Positions 1-12,158 of a stretch of 64,000 bases of DNA are shown here, in pieces (position 1 is the first letter of the stretch; each line of letters begins with the position of its first letter). Made by a program: the position numbers and the translations under genes. Origin of the DNA: Botryllus schlosseri (taxonomy: Eukaryota); the NCBI GenBank assembly GCA_051294905.1, contig CM119371.1, positions 8,124,001-8,188,000 of the forward strand, given 5' to 3'. The notes under the pieces were generated by a model. It did not search any database, was not told the origin of the DNA, and was given only the letters and a program-made list of their open reading frames with translations.

Positions 1-117
1 ACGCGTAGAAATAAGCATCTTTCTTGAATATGACGACAAGACAGCCGCCAACCTGGATCGAACAAGATAGCTCCAGATCTTCAGACTGACTTTCGTCCGA
101 ACGAGCAACTGTGGCGA

Positions 118-191
118 TGGGAGTGACGCGGCTCGAAACAGCTGCATTCACGTTATTTACACGGCGTTCTGACCAACTGAGCTGACCGGGC
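118..191 (-). pseudogene. tRNA-Ile-like pseudogene / tRNA-derived SINE head
   Basis: Reverse complement GCCCGGTCAGCTCAGTTGGTCAGAACGCCGTGTAAATAACG...GTTTCGAG resembles eukaryotic tRNA-Ile(AAT), with a clear A box and a degenerate B box. The stems are too decayed for a functional tRNA. Confidence 0.55.
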
Positions 192-392
192 GATTGCTCG
201 TCATATTGAAGTGGACGAATACGTCCGGTAATTTATGATGAAACCGGTAAACCTAAATCATTGCGACCTGACCCTGTGACCCATAGACCCTGCGACTTTA
301 TACACGGAGAGCATGCGCTTTTTGTCTATTACTCGATTCATCATTTACTATAGTGAACATCCATAACGTAGGATGATTCGGTCAATATGCTT

Positions 393-464
393 AGTTCCGT
401 GGCGTGGTGGTTAACACGTATGCTCCTTAGACAAATAGTCGTGGTTTCGATCAGTGGGGGAACT
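393..464 (+). pseudogene. degenerate tRNA-Val-like pseudogene / SINE head
   Basis: AGTTCC...GGAACT acceptor-stem pairing 72 nt apart, A-box-like TGGCGTGGTGG and B-box-like GGTTTCGATC. Anticodon and T arms are decayed. Confidence 0.45.
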
Positions 465-1740
465 GCTGGTGCCATTTTAGTAACTGCTCCATTGCAATAA
501 ATGGTAATTTGGGATCATCCAATACTCGTATGACAACCAGAATATCTCATTTTTCAGTCAAGCATTATGTCCGTGGGTCGCTTCCGACTCGACAGGTGAT
601 TTCATCTGTCTCGCCAAGCAGTTACGAGTAAATGGTATGGTGTTTGAATTATCAAGCACATTTCTAATAAAAGATGATATTTTTGAGAAACAATTTCGCG
701 ATGAACTGACAAGAAAACAAAAGTGGAATAGGCATAGAAGACACATCATAACAATTCGCGGGCGAGGCTGCGTTTAACTCTGGTCATCGTTAGTAATAAA
801 TCAGTGGCATCGACACCAAATTCCGAGAAGAAAAATAGTGCACAATCGGTAGAGAGTTTCCATGAGAAAATGAATCAAAATGTAGTTATGCGCAGAGGCG
901 AAAAAGCTAATGCGAAACAGATTCATGTAAATTATAGTATGAAAGTTACACAAATAACATTGCAAATATTTTTGGTTGCGAGGCCGTATAATTTCCCCTG
1001 CATCCATAGAAACCTGAAGTATGATTTCTTGATTATTAATCAAATTTAAATGTGTGCGTTTATTGTTAAATGTCTTGTCTTCCAAGAGTCTTCTTTTGGG
1101 TACAGAACTGTAATATATATCATAATAATATATTCACTATATAAATATATTAAAACCCGGGCTCCGTCTTCGACATAACGCATTCACAGGGCGCATTCAA
1201 CGCCGCATTGCGACTACATAAATGAAGGGACCATGAATATGTGCCAACTTATATCATCAAAAACCGTTAGTGAGGGTCACTGTGTGAGCCACTTTAAGTG
1301 CATGCATCGTGCATGACCCATTCCATAATTTACGAATAAAAGTATTGCTAGAAGGATGCGTATTAATATGGATTAGTTATAGGCTTGATGATGAAATATT
1401 GCAGTGATAAAGCAAGATATGGATATGAATATAACATTTCGACATCATTTCACTGGTACGGCCCGCAGGCGATTCAAATCTTTGAATCCAGCCTGCGTCC
1501 CGAATTGACTTTTACGTCCTTGATTTAAAATAAAATAGATAGCCAGCGACGAATACAAATTATTACATCGATTTGTTTTACTGTTTTTCACTTCTTACAT
1601 TAAAAATACACTGCATCGCATGTAGAGTATAAAGGAAGATAAACAAATTGGTTGTTACTCTTTGCAATGCATTTCTAAAGTACGAATTCCATACCCCTTT
1701 ATGGTTGCTCGTACTGCGATGCTCATTATATAATGTTGAA

Positions 1741-1810
1741 TATCTGTTTGTTTGTCTATCTGTCTGTCTTTCTGTCCGCATGTATGTATGCCTGTCTATT
1801 CATCTGTATA
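1741..1810. repeat. degenerate (TCTG/TATG)n tetranucleotide microsatellite
   Basis: tatctgtttgtttgtctatctgtctgtctttctgtccgcatgtatgtatgcctgtc. Confidence 0.6.
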
Positions 1811-2395
1811 CCAGTCTGTTAATTATCCACACGGAATAATTATTTCTGCTGTAATATCAAATGAAACGCGATCAAGTCTGAAATGTAAAAACAAAGACAA
1901 ATGATGGTGATGTTACATGCTGGTTACATGCGGAATGCAACTATAAGATTGTGGCCCTATTCCGAAGCCACATTGTTTCATCGTTATCACGATGCTATAG
2001 AAGACTTCGACTGGTGTATATATGTTTCAAAAAGCTTGGTATATGCGAAGCGAAGATTCATCAATCATCATTGATAGCCTAGCTTACTATATGGGAGTCA
2101 CGAAATTATATACGACCCGATACTACAAATGGTCATCTGGCCAAAGCTGACCCGAAGTCAGCAAAATCAATGTCTGCGAAGGCACAGCAATTGTCTGTTG
2201 AACTAATCAGTGTCCAAGTCCGTTTTGTGATGATTATTAGATTACGATGTGTTGGCTAGACACTGCCAAGCACCCCATCGCTGCAGTGAACGGACATATT
2301 TTACTTTGGAAGGTTTATAGCGTATTGCTAAACTTGTTTTTAGTTGACAGAGGAATCAGCGCCCGTGTTCTGACAGGAAAACGTACTGCCGATAG

Positions 2396-2519
2396 ATGAG
2401 TAATCCACCAGCAGAGCGAGGAGACACAATCAGCTCTGAAGAGCAATCTGTCAGCGTGCGCTACCAGGCGAATATCGAGCAAGGACCCAACGAGATTCCC
2501 GTGTTGCCGGACAGTAGCG
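2396..2519 (+). CDS. coding exon 1 of a predicted 159-aa single-pass membrane protein with a PPxY motif
   Basis: ATG at 2396 opens MSNPPAERGDTISSEEQSVSVRYQANIEQGPNEIPVLPDSS. A phase-1 donor G|GTATGG at 2519/2520 joins in frame to the exon at 5026. Confidence 0.6.
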
Positions 2520-3024
2520 GTATGGCTTAGCATTGATTTGACATCGCAGTATTATAGGTGGTAAAATCTAGGTGACATTGGATATCATGTTTGATTTCGT
2601 TGGTGCATTTCGACTGATAGGAAGATTGTATGTGGCTCAGAAATCATACGAAAACTATCTGATGTCGCGGGAAGGAGCAGTACTCGCACAATTACGAGTA
2701 TAAAAAATGAGTGGATGGGTCCAATTCATTTCGTCGTAGGTATTTGATCAGCAGGCAATAGTCCGTATTTACGATATTGTATGTACTTCAACACTGCAAT
2801 AAAATAGAACGGATATAGTTACATGCGTTCTGCCGTGATAATCCAACCTTTACAACCTTCGCAATGCTGTGAAGACGCCTCACTTGGCGATTAGAGGAAT
2901 TCTCGCCGCCTTATAGTCAAATCACGAACAATTGAAAATAACTATGTGGGTGATTACACAGCGGTATATGATATATCCTTATTAAGTTGAATGACTATGA
3001 TGGAAATATCTGCAGAATAATAAC

Positions 3025-3770
3025 TCAAGCTGGGCAAAATCCAGTACGTATGAATGATTCGATTCTGCATTGTGTATATTTGACGTCGAGTCAAGTATCA
3101 GGCGTTATTTCGTCCTAACAGTATATAAGATGTGGAGATTTAAAAAACAGTGGTTGCCAACCTTTTTCCACTAATCGCCCCTTTTCAATCTCGACTCGAA
3201 CCCCTCATATCTACGGGTCTGGAAAAGATTATGTATAATCAGTAAATTTACTCACCTAGCTCTGATCGCTGGTGAATTTACTAAAAATGCCATTTTCTGA
3301 AATGGTAAGTGCTCTGAAAACCGGTTTCCGTGTTTACTTGTCGTTGAGCTTAACCTTTTATACGCGTCACATACAGAATAAGCCGTCCGAACATGCATTT
3401 TTGACCGTGATAATCAGAAATATTTCACTGTACGTTTTAACATTTTCTCTCCCTCGAGTCGCCATATCTGTTATTTTCGCCCCCTTGTTTCTCAGAATAG
3501 CCCGCTTGGGGTCGTTATCGCTCACTTTTGGAACCACTGTTATAATACCTTTTATGCTGCCACAAAGAATATAACGCCAGTACTCTTGTTTTGTAAGCTG
3601 TGGTGCGACCAATCGTGGTTTACAGCTGCTCACCGTGGAAATACTATCGAAACTATAATTGTCGTCGATTAATTAACACTTGGTAGCTAGGTGCAGATAA
3701 TTTACGTACTGGAATAAATCATCTTTCACCAATCGACTCGAATCATTAGAATTATCATTTCTGTTGAGGC
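3025..3770 (+). mobile_element. hAT-type MITE (TAGGGCTGGGCAA family), decayed, interrupted by another MITE
   Basis: Starts GCTGGGCAAAATCCAGTAC...GATTCGATTC and shares internal and 3' sequence with copies at 8023-8527 and 40108-40489. Boundaries are approximate. Confidence 0.55.
3148..3539. mobile_element. Charlie-like hAT MITE nested in the preceding MITE
   Basis: TIRs CAGTGGTTGCCAAC / TTTGGAACCACTG; flanks TTAAAAAA / TTATAATA (6 of 8 match). Confidence 0.6.
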
Positions 3771-5025
3771 TGATTGATTATCATTAAAGATAAAAAGCGA
3801 TTCATGCCAGATTATCGGCTTGGTAATGGTATTGATATATTTAAACGCAAATGCGCATGTGGACAAGTGTCGTAAGATCGGCCGAGGCCAGCAGAGCCGT
3901 CACCTAATGACAATGCTTGTTTTTTTGCCTGGACACCTTGGACATTCCTGTTTTCTGTGGTTAATGCCGTTTACATCTGCATTCTGCATAGTCATTTGAA
4001 AGAGTCGTAAATGTGATTACGTTACGTCGCATCAATCGTCTCTGCTTACTATCCCAATATCCGACATTCAATCGTTGTTCCAGATATCAAATCAGTGCTC
4101 AGTCCGCTTACCCATGCCAGAGGTTCCCAATCTAGCAGGCGTGGGCAATTATTTTCTGGGTGGATCGAATATGAAGCAGAATATACATTGACGGGTCGAA
4201 ACAAAACTTTAAACCATATTCTGCGACATTCAGTTTTATTTCGAATTTGAAAACAGTGAATTACGTTATTAACGAGTGCTTCCTAAGCGGGTGTGTTATT
4301 ATTAGGTCGCATTCTCTTTGTGGCTTGGTAGATTAGCATTCCTGTTTGGTTAACTTCACCAGCAAGTATTCATCATCTGCTGGGCTCATGTATTTCACTG
4401 CATCATTTGTCTAAATATGCGGTCTCAAAATTATTATATTCCTCACCTTCCCGTAAGCTAAAACGACTAGTTCGCGGCTGACTTCAGTACACAAGCAGCA
4501 CATAAAGTGCTTCAAATCTTGTTGAAATGTCGGCCTTCAGTCCCGTCTTTCATTGTTTTACATAACATCATTTATGAGAGAGCATGGCCAATAATAACGT
4601 GCATTGATTTCATGATTTTTCGAATTAGGATGATGACGTAACAGTTTGAAGTAGATACCTTGCCATTCCTTATGTAACAATGGCAATAGATAACATTTGA
4701 ACTTGAATATGGAAACAGTGACGCGCAAACTGGGATTATTTTCTTTGTGACCGAATAAAATCTACATATTTTTATAAGTCCCCACATCATCCGCACTCCT
4801 TTGACGTCATACTTAAGGATACTTTTATACTTGACTCGAAACTTGATATTCGATTCAGAACTGAATCATTTAGGTAATCGAGCTTTGCTCACCCCTAGTA
4901 ATTAGAAGAGTCGTTTGTTGTACTTATCCGCAACTTGGAGAAGGCGTCACACGTTTCAGGGCTCTATGCTCCCCAAGAAATCGCGGGTTTGCAGTGAACG
5001 GTATTTCATAATTCAGTCATTTCAG

Positions 5026-5172
5026 ATGAATTGCCTCCTCGGTATGAGGAGGCTTGTGGTTCTGGATTCCCAGAGACCCCGCACGACAATGAAGCTCGAT
5101 TGCCGGAGCCAGCTAGAAGCGATCCGGTAACCTCGCCCGATTCCAATGCAGTTGCAACGACCAGTGGTCATA
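5026..5172 (+). CDS. coding exon 2 (PPxY motif) of the predicted membrane protein
   Basis: Acceptor TCATTTCAG|, donor |GTAAGT, 147 nt, phase 1-1. Encodes (D)ELPPRYEEACGSGFPETPHDNEARLPEPARSDPVTSPDSNAVATTSGH. Confidence 0.7.
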
Positions 5173-7534
5173 GTAAGTTTGCTTTAGACAAAAGTCGCGT
5201 ACCGGTGTTGGGTTAAGATGTGGTTTAAGTAGTCAGCGTTACTACTTTAGTATTCAAGTACAAGTAACGCCTGGAATATTTACTCAATTAAAAGACGAAG
5301 TAGCGATTTGAAAATCCTTTCAAACTAGTTCCAGTTAAAATGAAAATGAAAGTGGAGTTGTTGCAGGTTTTCATACTTTGGGGTATCGAGTGGTGATGGC
5401 TAACTTCCGTGATTTCAAGATGCATCTTCGTGACTAACGCAAGATAACTGATTTGACGCATATACAAATAAAACATATTCATATGCTACTGTGATGGCTG
5501 TTGGACGCGGTTCCTGTGACGAACAAAGTTATTCTAAATCTAATTTACACGTAAAAATACGAGCTGTAAGATGTATCGAGTAGTTTGGCCTGAAGCATTT
5601 TCCGAGTAGAAGTTGTCTGAAACATGAATCGTGTGGTAAGTAGTGCAAGTGAGTGAAATCTCCTAAATAAAAGGGTAAAAACAGAAGTACTTCGTTACTG
5701 ACCATGACCACCTTTGATTACTCACTTTCTTTTTGTATATCCTGGAAACGAGATGTCCGTCTCAAAACACGCGAGTTTTTAGTGTCTGTAGAAACTGTAA
5801 CGGTTCATGTAGATCCTTTCGTAATCATACCCAGGCGCCATTGCTAATGAACGCATTTGTGTTCGGACGTGTCTCGCCACTGGCTTCTTAGTGCATACAA
5901 ACGTCTCTTGTTATCCTTCCTCGTTTGGTGGTGATTGCACCTGGGGTATGGCGGCCAATGTCGCTAAAGCCAACATTGTCGTTCATTAATTTGAACAATT
6001 AGTTGGCGCTCGGATATTTCAGATATGTATAATTGTTCAGTTTTTCTTTAGTGAGTCAATAGTTGCCATTAACTATTGATATGAGTTCAAGAAGCTGCGA
6101 TTTCGTACACTATATAGGTCTACAGGATGTAAGAACGCCAGAAGTTACCGGTGGAAATGTCTCTTTATATTGAGATTCCCCAAGTCCTCATTATTGTATA
6201 TGCCGATAGCATTCCAGAGGTGGTCAAGAGAAATCGGTGTTGGTACTCGCGTCGAAGTAACATCATGAACTCATTCCCATAATAAGTAGAACCACGATTT
6301 TCAAGACATTCCAAAACCACTCCCATTAAGTATGGAATATGTAAAGTGAATATGGAAAGTATACTCGGTTGTTTCAAAATGTAGATTCCGTGGAGGCGTC
6401 GCATACGTTTGATAGTCGGTCGGAGATGTTCTCTATTGTTTTTTAGCAGATCGACAAGTTCTACTCCGGCGTCAGTATTTTTACAAAATAGAATCCGACT
6501 AGGCCATATCAGAAAAATTAAAACTTCAGGTCCAATCCGTTTCAGGCAAAAAACTAAAAATTCCAGCCAACTTTCACCCAGGATCTGGCTAATTCCTATA
6601 CACACTTCGACCGCGTCAGGAATAGTAAGAATCCAACTCCGATCCGAATCTGGTCGTATCCGCCAAATTATGAAATCTGTCAACGGCAAAATGAAAATAT
6701 TTGGTGGATATCCAGTCCATCGACTAAGCTCCATACCTCGCTTTACGACAAATACGTGGAATTCTTCAAAATATATCCAGTTACCGTGATAGACGGGCTA
6801 GTTGACCGACCAGTTTTGACAATTTCATTCATAAAAGCGATGCAAACATCTCCCAATCGACGCTATAGGCCTACTCCTCAAAATAGTGACTGTCTAAAGT
6901 CGCATCTAAGATCTGCCAGGTAGAATGGGAAGTACTCTAAAAGCATTACCATTGGCCAATAGCGCAAGTAGGCAAAACCTACTTGAGTGCCCGCTGCGAA
7001 AGAGTTGGATTATATCTCGTTACTAACCACGACCACCATTGCAGTCTCCATACCAATCTTCCCTTACTGTCAGGAGAATGATGCTTCCATAATAAAACTG
7101 AAGAGGGTTGCGGAATGGCCACCCCGTTAATCACAGTGGTTATGGTCCGGATGTAATAATGAAAAGGTCAACTGCAGTGTGCCTGTTTAGTGACCCGACC
7201 ATAGAATGTCAGATTACGAAATCCCGAATAAATCGCGAATTTTCTATTTCAATGAGTGTGTACAATGTACATCGGTTAGGTAATCTTGTTACGCTCGTCT
7301 GCACAGATTTGAGTTCCGCATAATGTGGACTAAATTGTAATATATACGGTATTTTTATCAACAACCGATGCTGCAAGTTGGTGCGAAGGTGTCATTTTCC
7401 AACTGAACACTGTATCTGTGGGACTGGTATTTAGGCACTGTTAGATTCCATTGAAAACTACTTTATACAGTGGCCTATTAGGTAGTTTATGGATTAGCTT
7501 TTATTCGCAACTTACATGGAATGTTTTTTTATAG

Positions 7535-7743
7535 ACGATGATAGGCTGGAACCCGCTCCGTCCACGGGGCAAGCAGGCGGAGAGGCATCTGAATGTCGCA
7601 AGCCGAAGTCATCGACGACTCTCATAATATTCCTTCTTCTGGTCATAATCGTCGGCGGGATCGTGATTATCTGGAGCCTGAAACGTCGATCTTGTGTAGT
7701 CCATGTGTTAACCATGTCCAACCAATCCCAAGAAAGTGGCTGA
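7535..7743 (+). CDS. terminal coding exon 3 (transmembrane helix) of the predicted membrane protein
   Basis: Acceptor TTTTTTTATAG|, phase 1. Encodes ...KPKSSTTLIIFLLLVIIVGGIVIIWSLKRR...ESG-stop. AATAAA at ~7902. Confidence 0.7.
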
Positions 7744-8022
7744 ACGCATTTTATCTTGAAGCGGAACGACCAGCACATTATAATGTGGGCGTTATTAGAA
7801 TTTTACTTGAAGTTAAACACTTGCATATGGTACTCGTACGTCGAACGGATTCGGAAAGTTGCTTTGTTATCATTTCTAACCATGAAAATTGTTCATCTCT
7901 CAATAAAACAAGTGTTCTGGGTAATTACGATGTTTTAGTAGCTGCGTCTCAATGCCAAGCTGTGATACAGCTACAACTGCTTACTGTGACGCGAAAATTC
8001 ATTAATTTCAACATGTCCCAAG

Positions 8023-8527
8023 TTGGGCGGGGCAAAATCGAGTACCCCAGTGATTCGATTCAAAATCGCGTGTTACGCGTTGAGTCGAGTATCCGAGTAT
8101 GACTCACTGGCGTCACAACAGAATGTATTATGTCAATGTTCAAATGTATACCTTTTATGCCACCACAAAGAACATAATCGCCTGTTATCCGTCACATTGA
8201 AGATACTTTGGTATTTCCTCGACCATACCGATTTAATTGCACCTCTTGACAATTTTTTGGGATAATCATTACTTCGGAAATGTGTTATTTCCAGTAATGT
8301 TCGTAGCTTTGTACTATGTCTCGTATGCTGCTACACGCCCAATCAAGGTTTCAAAGCTTCCCCAGTGGAAATAGTATCGAAACTGAAATTCTCGTTAGTA
8401 GCCTGACTGTCAGTTGCGAGGCGCGCACAATGTCACTAATCGAAAAAATCGTCTTTACTACTGACTCGAATCACTGAAATTAATACTCAATTCACATTCG
8501 GAAATTCGAATCATTGTACCCAGGCTG
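8023..8527 (+). mobile_element. hAT-type MITE (TAGGGCTGGGCAA family)
   Basis: Degenerate TIRs TTGGGCGGGGCAA / TTGTACCCAGGCTG; body colinear with the 40108-40489 copy. No clear TSD. Confidence 0.6.
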
Positions 8528-9303
8528 TACTAATCTTAGCTTAGCTTCATGGTCACGAGCCAAATTACAATTTGAAGATGTTCCGCGACTCGCCTTTGAC
8601 TTTCTGATGCTGATTACTTAGAAAAATATAAGCACTATCGTCCAGGCCTACTCACGGCCCATGGGGAAATATGAGGACTTCAACAGCAATTATATTTATT
8701 ACCACCCTGCTGAAAGAAATACTGATTTGTGCAATGGATGCAAAAGACAACGTCAGCGAGATTGCTGCTTTGGCATCCTCCTGACACGCTTGGATATGTG
8801 TGGTGCTGCTGTTATCAGAGCACGCCGTAGGTTTGAGCTCACTATTATATTATCCTTGGCCTCGTTCTACATTAATTGAGAATCCGGGGACATGCAGGCA
8901 TCCGTCTAAGTGACAAGCCCAGAACAATACTGCAGTGCTACAAGTCGGCGAATCAGAAGTCGCAATAAGAGATATCGGCGTGTTATAAATGACCATAGTT
9001 GTTGAAACATCGTGAACACCAAAGCAACAACTTGTAGTTTTCCTAGAATGAGAAATATCCGCCCTATTGATTTCTATAACGTAACTGTTACCACATATGT
9101 CACTTCTGGTGCAGTGGGAAGTTTTCCATGTCGTCAGTGTTTTCTCGACCCTTCATCGTCTCGTGTACTGCTACCTTGCTTGCCGGATTCGCATCTCTAA
9201 AAGGTCGTTTTCTTTTTTCATTTTAAGTAATGAAGTAAAACATAGGCCTCTGCCAGGTTCTGCCAGGTTCATTGGCATTCTTATTACAATCATTGGTAGT
9301 CTT

Positions 9304-10877
9304 CAGAGTTGGATCAATTGTAATTTGTAATTGAGCTGAATGTATTTGAATACATTTTTTCATGTAATTGTAATTGTAATTGTAATTGAAGCATTTCTAT
9401 TATGTGTAATTGTAATTTGATCAAAATTTTGTTCAAATACAATCTCACTTACATTTTCATGGAAACCTGACAATCACAACATAAAATAATCATTTAATCA
9501 ATCATTTATTCGTCGCACCAGTGAAAATCCGGTACGAACCAGGATGACGATGATGGGCCTTAGAGCCTTAGTAAACAGTCACCACATGTAATAATTAGCC
9601 TATTTATATCGGTATTCCATGCGTGCTGCGTTATAACTAGATAATTCAGTCACGCTAAACTGTTTTCCATACTTCAGTAGCAACAGAAAACTTTGTGAAT
9701 TACAATATAGACCAGAGGTTCTCAAACTGGGGGCGTGCCCCCTTGGGCGGCGTGAAAGCATCTAAACGGGGTGCGACGCTCCAGTGAACTGAAATCTTTT
9801 CCGCGCTTGGCCCGATTCACCTCCATTTTATGGTTGTTGCTCGGTGTATAGTCTGAATCAACAGTCATAACCTTCCATACCATAAAACTATATGTAAGGA
9901 TTGCTAACTTTCTGGTTTCATTGTGTGCTGTGACAATAAGGGAGGCACGATATATTCACTGTCATAAAGGGGGGCTTGTCTAAAAAAGTTAGAGAACCAG
10001 TGGGCTAAACTAAATATTAATATTTCAAAAATGGAGGAACTGCAAATAAACTCTTCTGAAACCGGTGGTGAACCATTTCCTACACCACGGTCAAAGTTTT
10101 TTTTAAATCTCTGACCAGTACCTAGGCTTGTAGCAACAATAGCAAAAAAATTCAAGTTTCCAACCAAGGCTTCATCAAACTTGATCAAGCATTTGTAGAG
10201 ATGTTATCCCAATCTTACCTCCAATCTAGGCCAAATTTACTGGGGCCAAAAACTTTTCGCACCCTAATGTTCATCAAATGCAATCTAACAGTTTCTGAGC
10301 AAGTGAAAATGTAAATGCGAACCAAAATATTGTAATTCTTAGTTATCAGGAGGTTGTTTCCTTTTAAATTTATTTTAAGTTTACGCACCTTATCGGTATC
10401 ATCCTTATCGCTGACGCCTTACCAATTACATTGTATTATCATGACTCAGCTCCGAGTAGCCTAATCGTTTGATTACATTTTTTTGACTGTCCTGTAGCCT
10501 ATTCGCTGTTAGTCACTCAAACCTTTGGTTCTTAACAGACGCTTGAAAAATTTTTCTGTGCTTGAAGTTTTCAGTACTCATGATTAGGAATAATTCGAAG
10601 ACGTTCGAGTTTTTTTTAATTAAAGGGTATTCTACATATCAGGAATGACACATGAAGAGCTTGAGAATGTTGCTAATTACGTCGCTACGGTTGTCAAAGA
10701 AGACCTCTTTACTGAATCAATTACGTGTTTAAAAGTAATTGTAATTCTAATTATAATTGTAATCAAGTACATGTTCAACAGTAATTGTAATTGTTATTGT
10801 AATTGTAATTTGATATTTTTAGCATTGAGTAACTGTAATTGTAATTGAATTAAAATATAGTAATTGATCCAACTCTG
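9304..10877. mobile_element. non-autonomous hAT element with (GTAATT)n subterminal arrays
   Basis: TIRs CAGAGTTGGATCAATT / AATTGATCCAACTCTG; perfect 8-bp TSD GTAGTCTT (9296-9303, 10878-10885). Confidence 0.9.
9713..10002. mobile_element. Charlie-like MITE nested in the 9304-10877 element
   Basis: Termini CAGAGGTTCTCAAACT / AGTTAGAGAACCAGTG; TSD poorly conserved. Confidence 0.55.
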
Positions 10878-12158
10878 GTAGTCTTGCGTCTGCGTTTTAA
10901 GCAGGCTTGATAACCACTACACTGCGGAGCATCGCAGTACGTTCACATATTCCTCAATCTCTGCAAATTAGGCAGGACTGCACGATATACGTCCGTCATA
11001 TACATCACTAGACCTACCTTGTCATTTTGTAAGTATTGCAGAATGCAGTGCGGAGATAAGGTGTGACCTCTTGGACATGCATCAATCGAGTTCTCTCGGC
11101 CGTTAGACAGCGCAGTGAGCCCTCCGCATTCCACTATCGTTTCGTCATCTTAATGACTTAATATTCGATGTAGGAAAACGATTTCATGCAAGGCTGAGTG
11201 TTTCATGCGAAAATTCATGTGTGACAGTTCTTCAGTGCGTTACTAATCCGTCCATTCATTAATTTAGTATATATGCATGGTACAATGAACAACAAAAATA
11301 ATTGACTGGACAGGGCATATAAATATAGGTGATGCATCAGGTATCATCAGGAATACCAGAGAGAAGCAGCTGATTAATAAATCCCGGTAAACTGCATTTT
11401 GGATCAAGTCAAAAGTTGTCAAAATACTTATAAATGCTACTCCCCTAAAGTACCATGTGACTACTCCACTCATAAAACGCTTCATACATAAAATTTGAAA
11501 CCAACTTCTGCTAATAAAATTCCGATTCTCTAACATTAAACTTGTAGCTTGGGATCCCTGTGTGTAATATCAGTTTAATTCACACACATGACAGAGTATA
11601 TTACAGCAAGTATTCATACAGCGAGCGACATATCGTATACAACCAACGACGAGTCAGATTCAAACGTCATATACCCCAATATCTATACATATTACTCGAA
11701 CATAGCCGAGAACCTAGAACACTTTCGAAAACGCGAGAAACGTACGGTTTGCCCTCTAATTTCCTGAATATTACAGAGACTAGTGCAGTAAAACAAAGAA
11801 CACGCGCCATGCACAGAATGTACAATATTTGAAACAGTTAAACAATGTATGAAATAACATTATCACAATATTCAGTTTCAACATTTACATGAAAAAAATA
11901 TAAAAATAAATGCATTTGCCTGGTAAACTTGAAGTAAAATCGGACGTCGTCACATCCTGTATCCACATCACAATGTCGCACAATCAGAAACAAATGTTCC
12001 AGATTGAACTAACTTCAGGAATTGCATCAATGCTAGAACAATGGAGCTCCAAGTCATAGCAGTGAGCGATATTATATATATTCAAGCTAACTTTCTTAAA
12101 ATGATAATCGTATTGTTATACCTTATTTACATAATATGTTTTAATATATATGTGATAC

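Noticed and set aside
6165..6789. Overlapping 189-aa and 126-aa ORFs
   Set aside because: They run through ATCCG-rich MITE-like repeats inside the predicted intron; no domain was recognised.
7593..8102. 169-aa ORF
   Set aside because: It is an alternative frame over the transmembrane exon and 3' UTR, running into a MITE.
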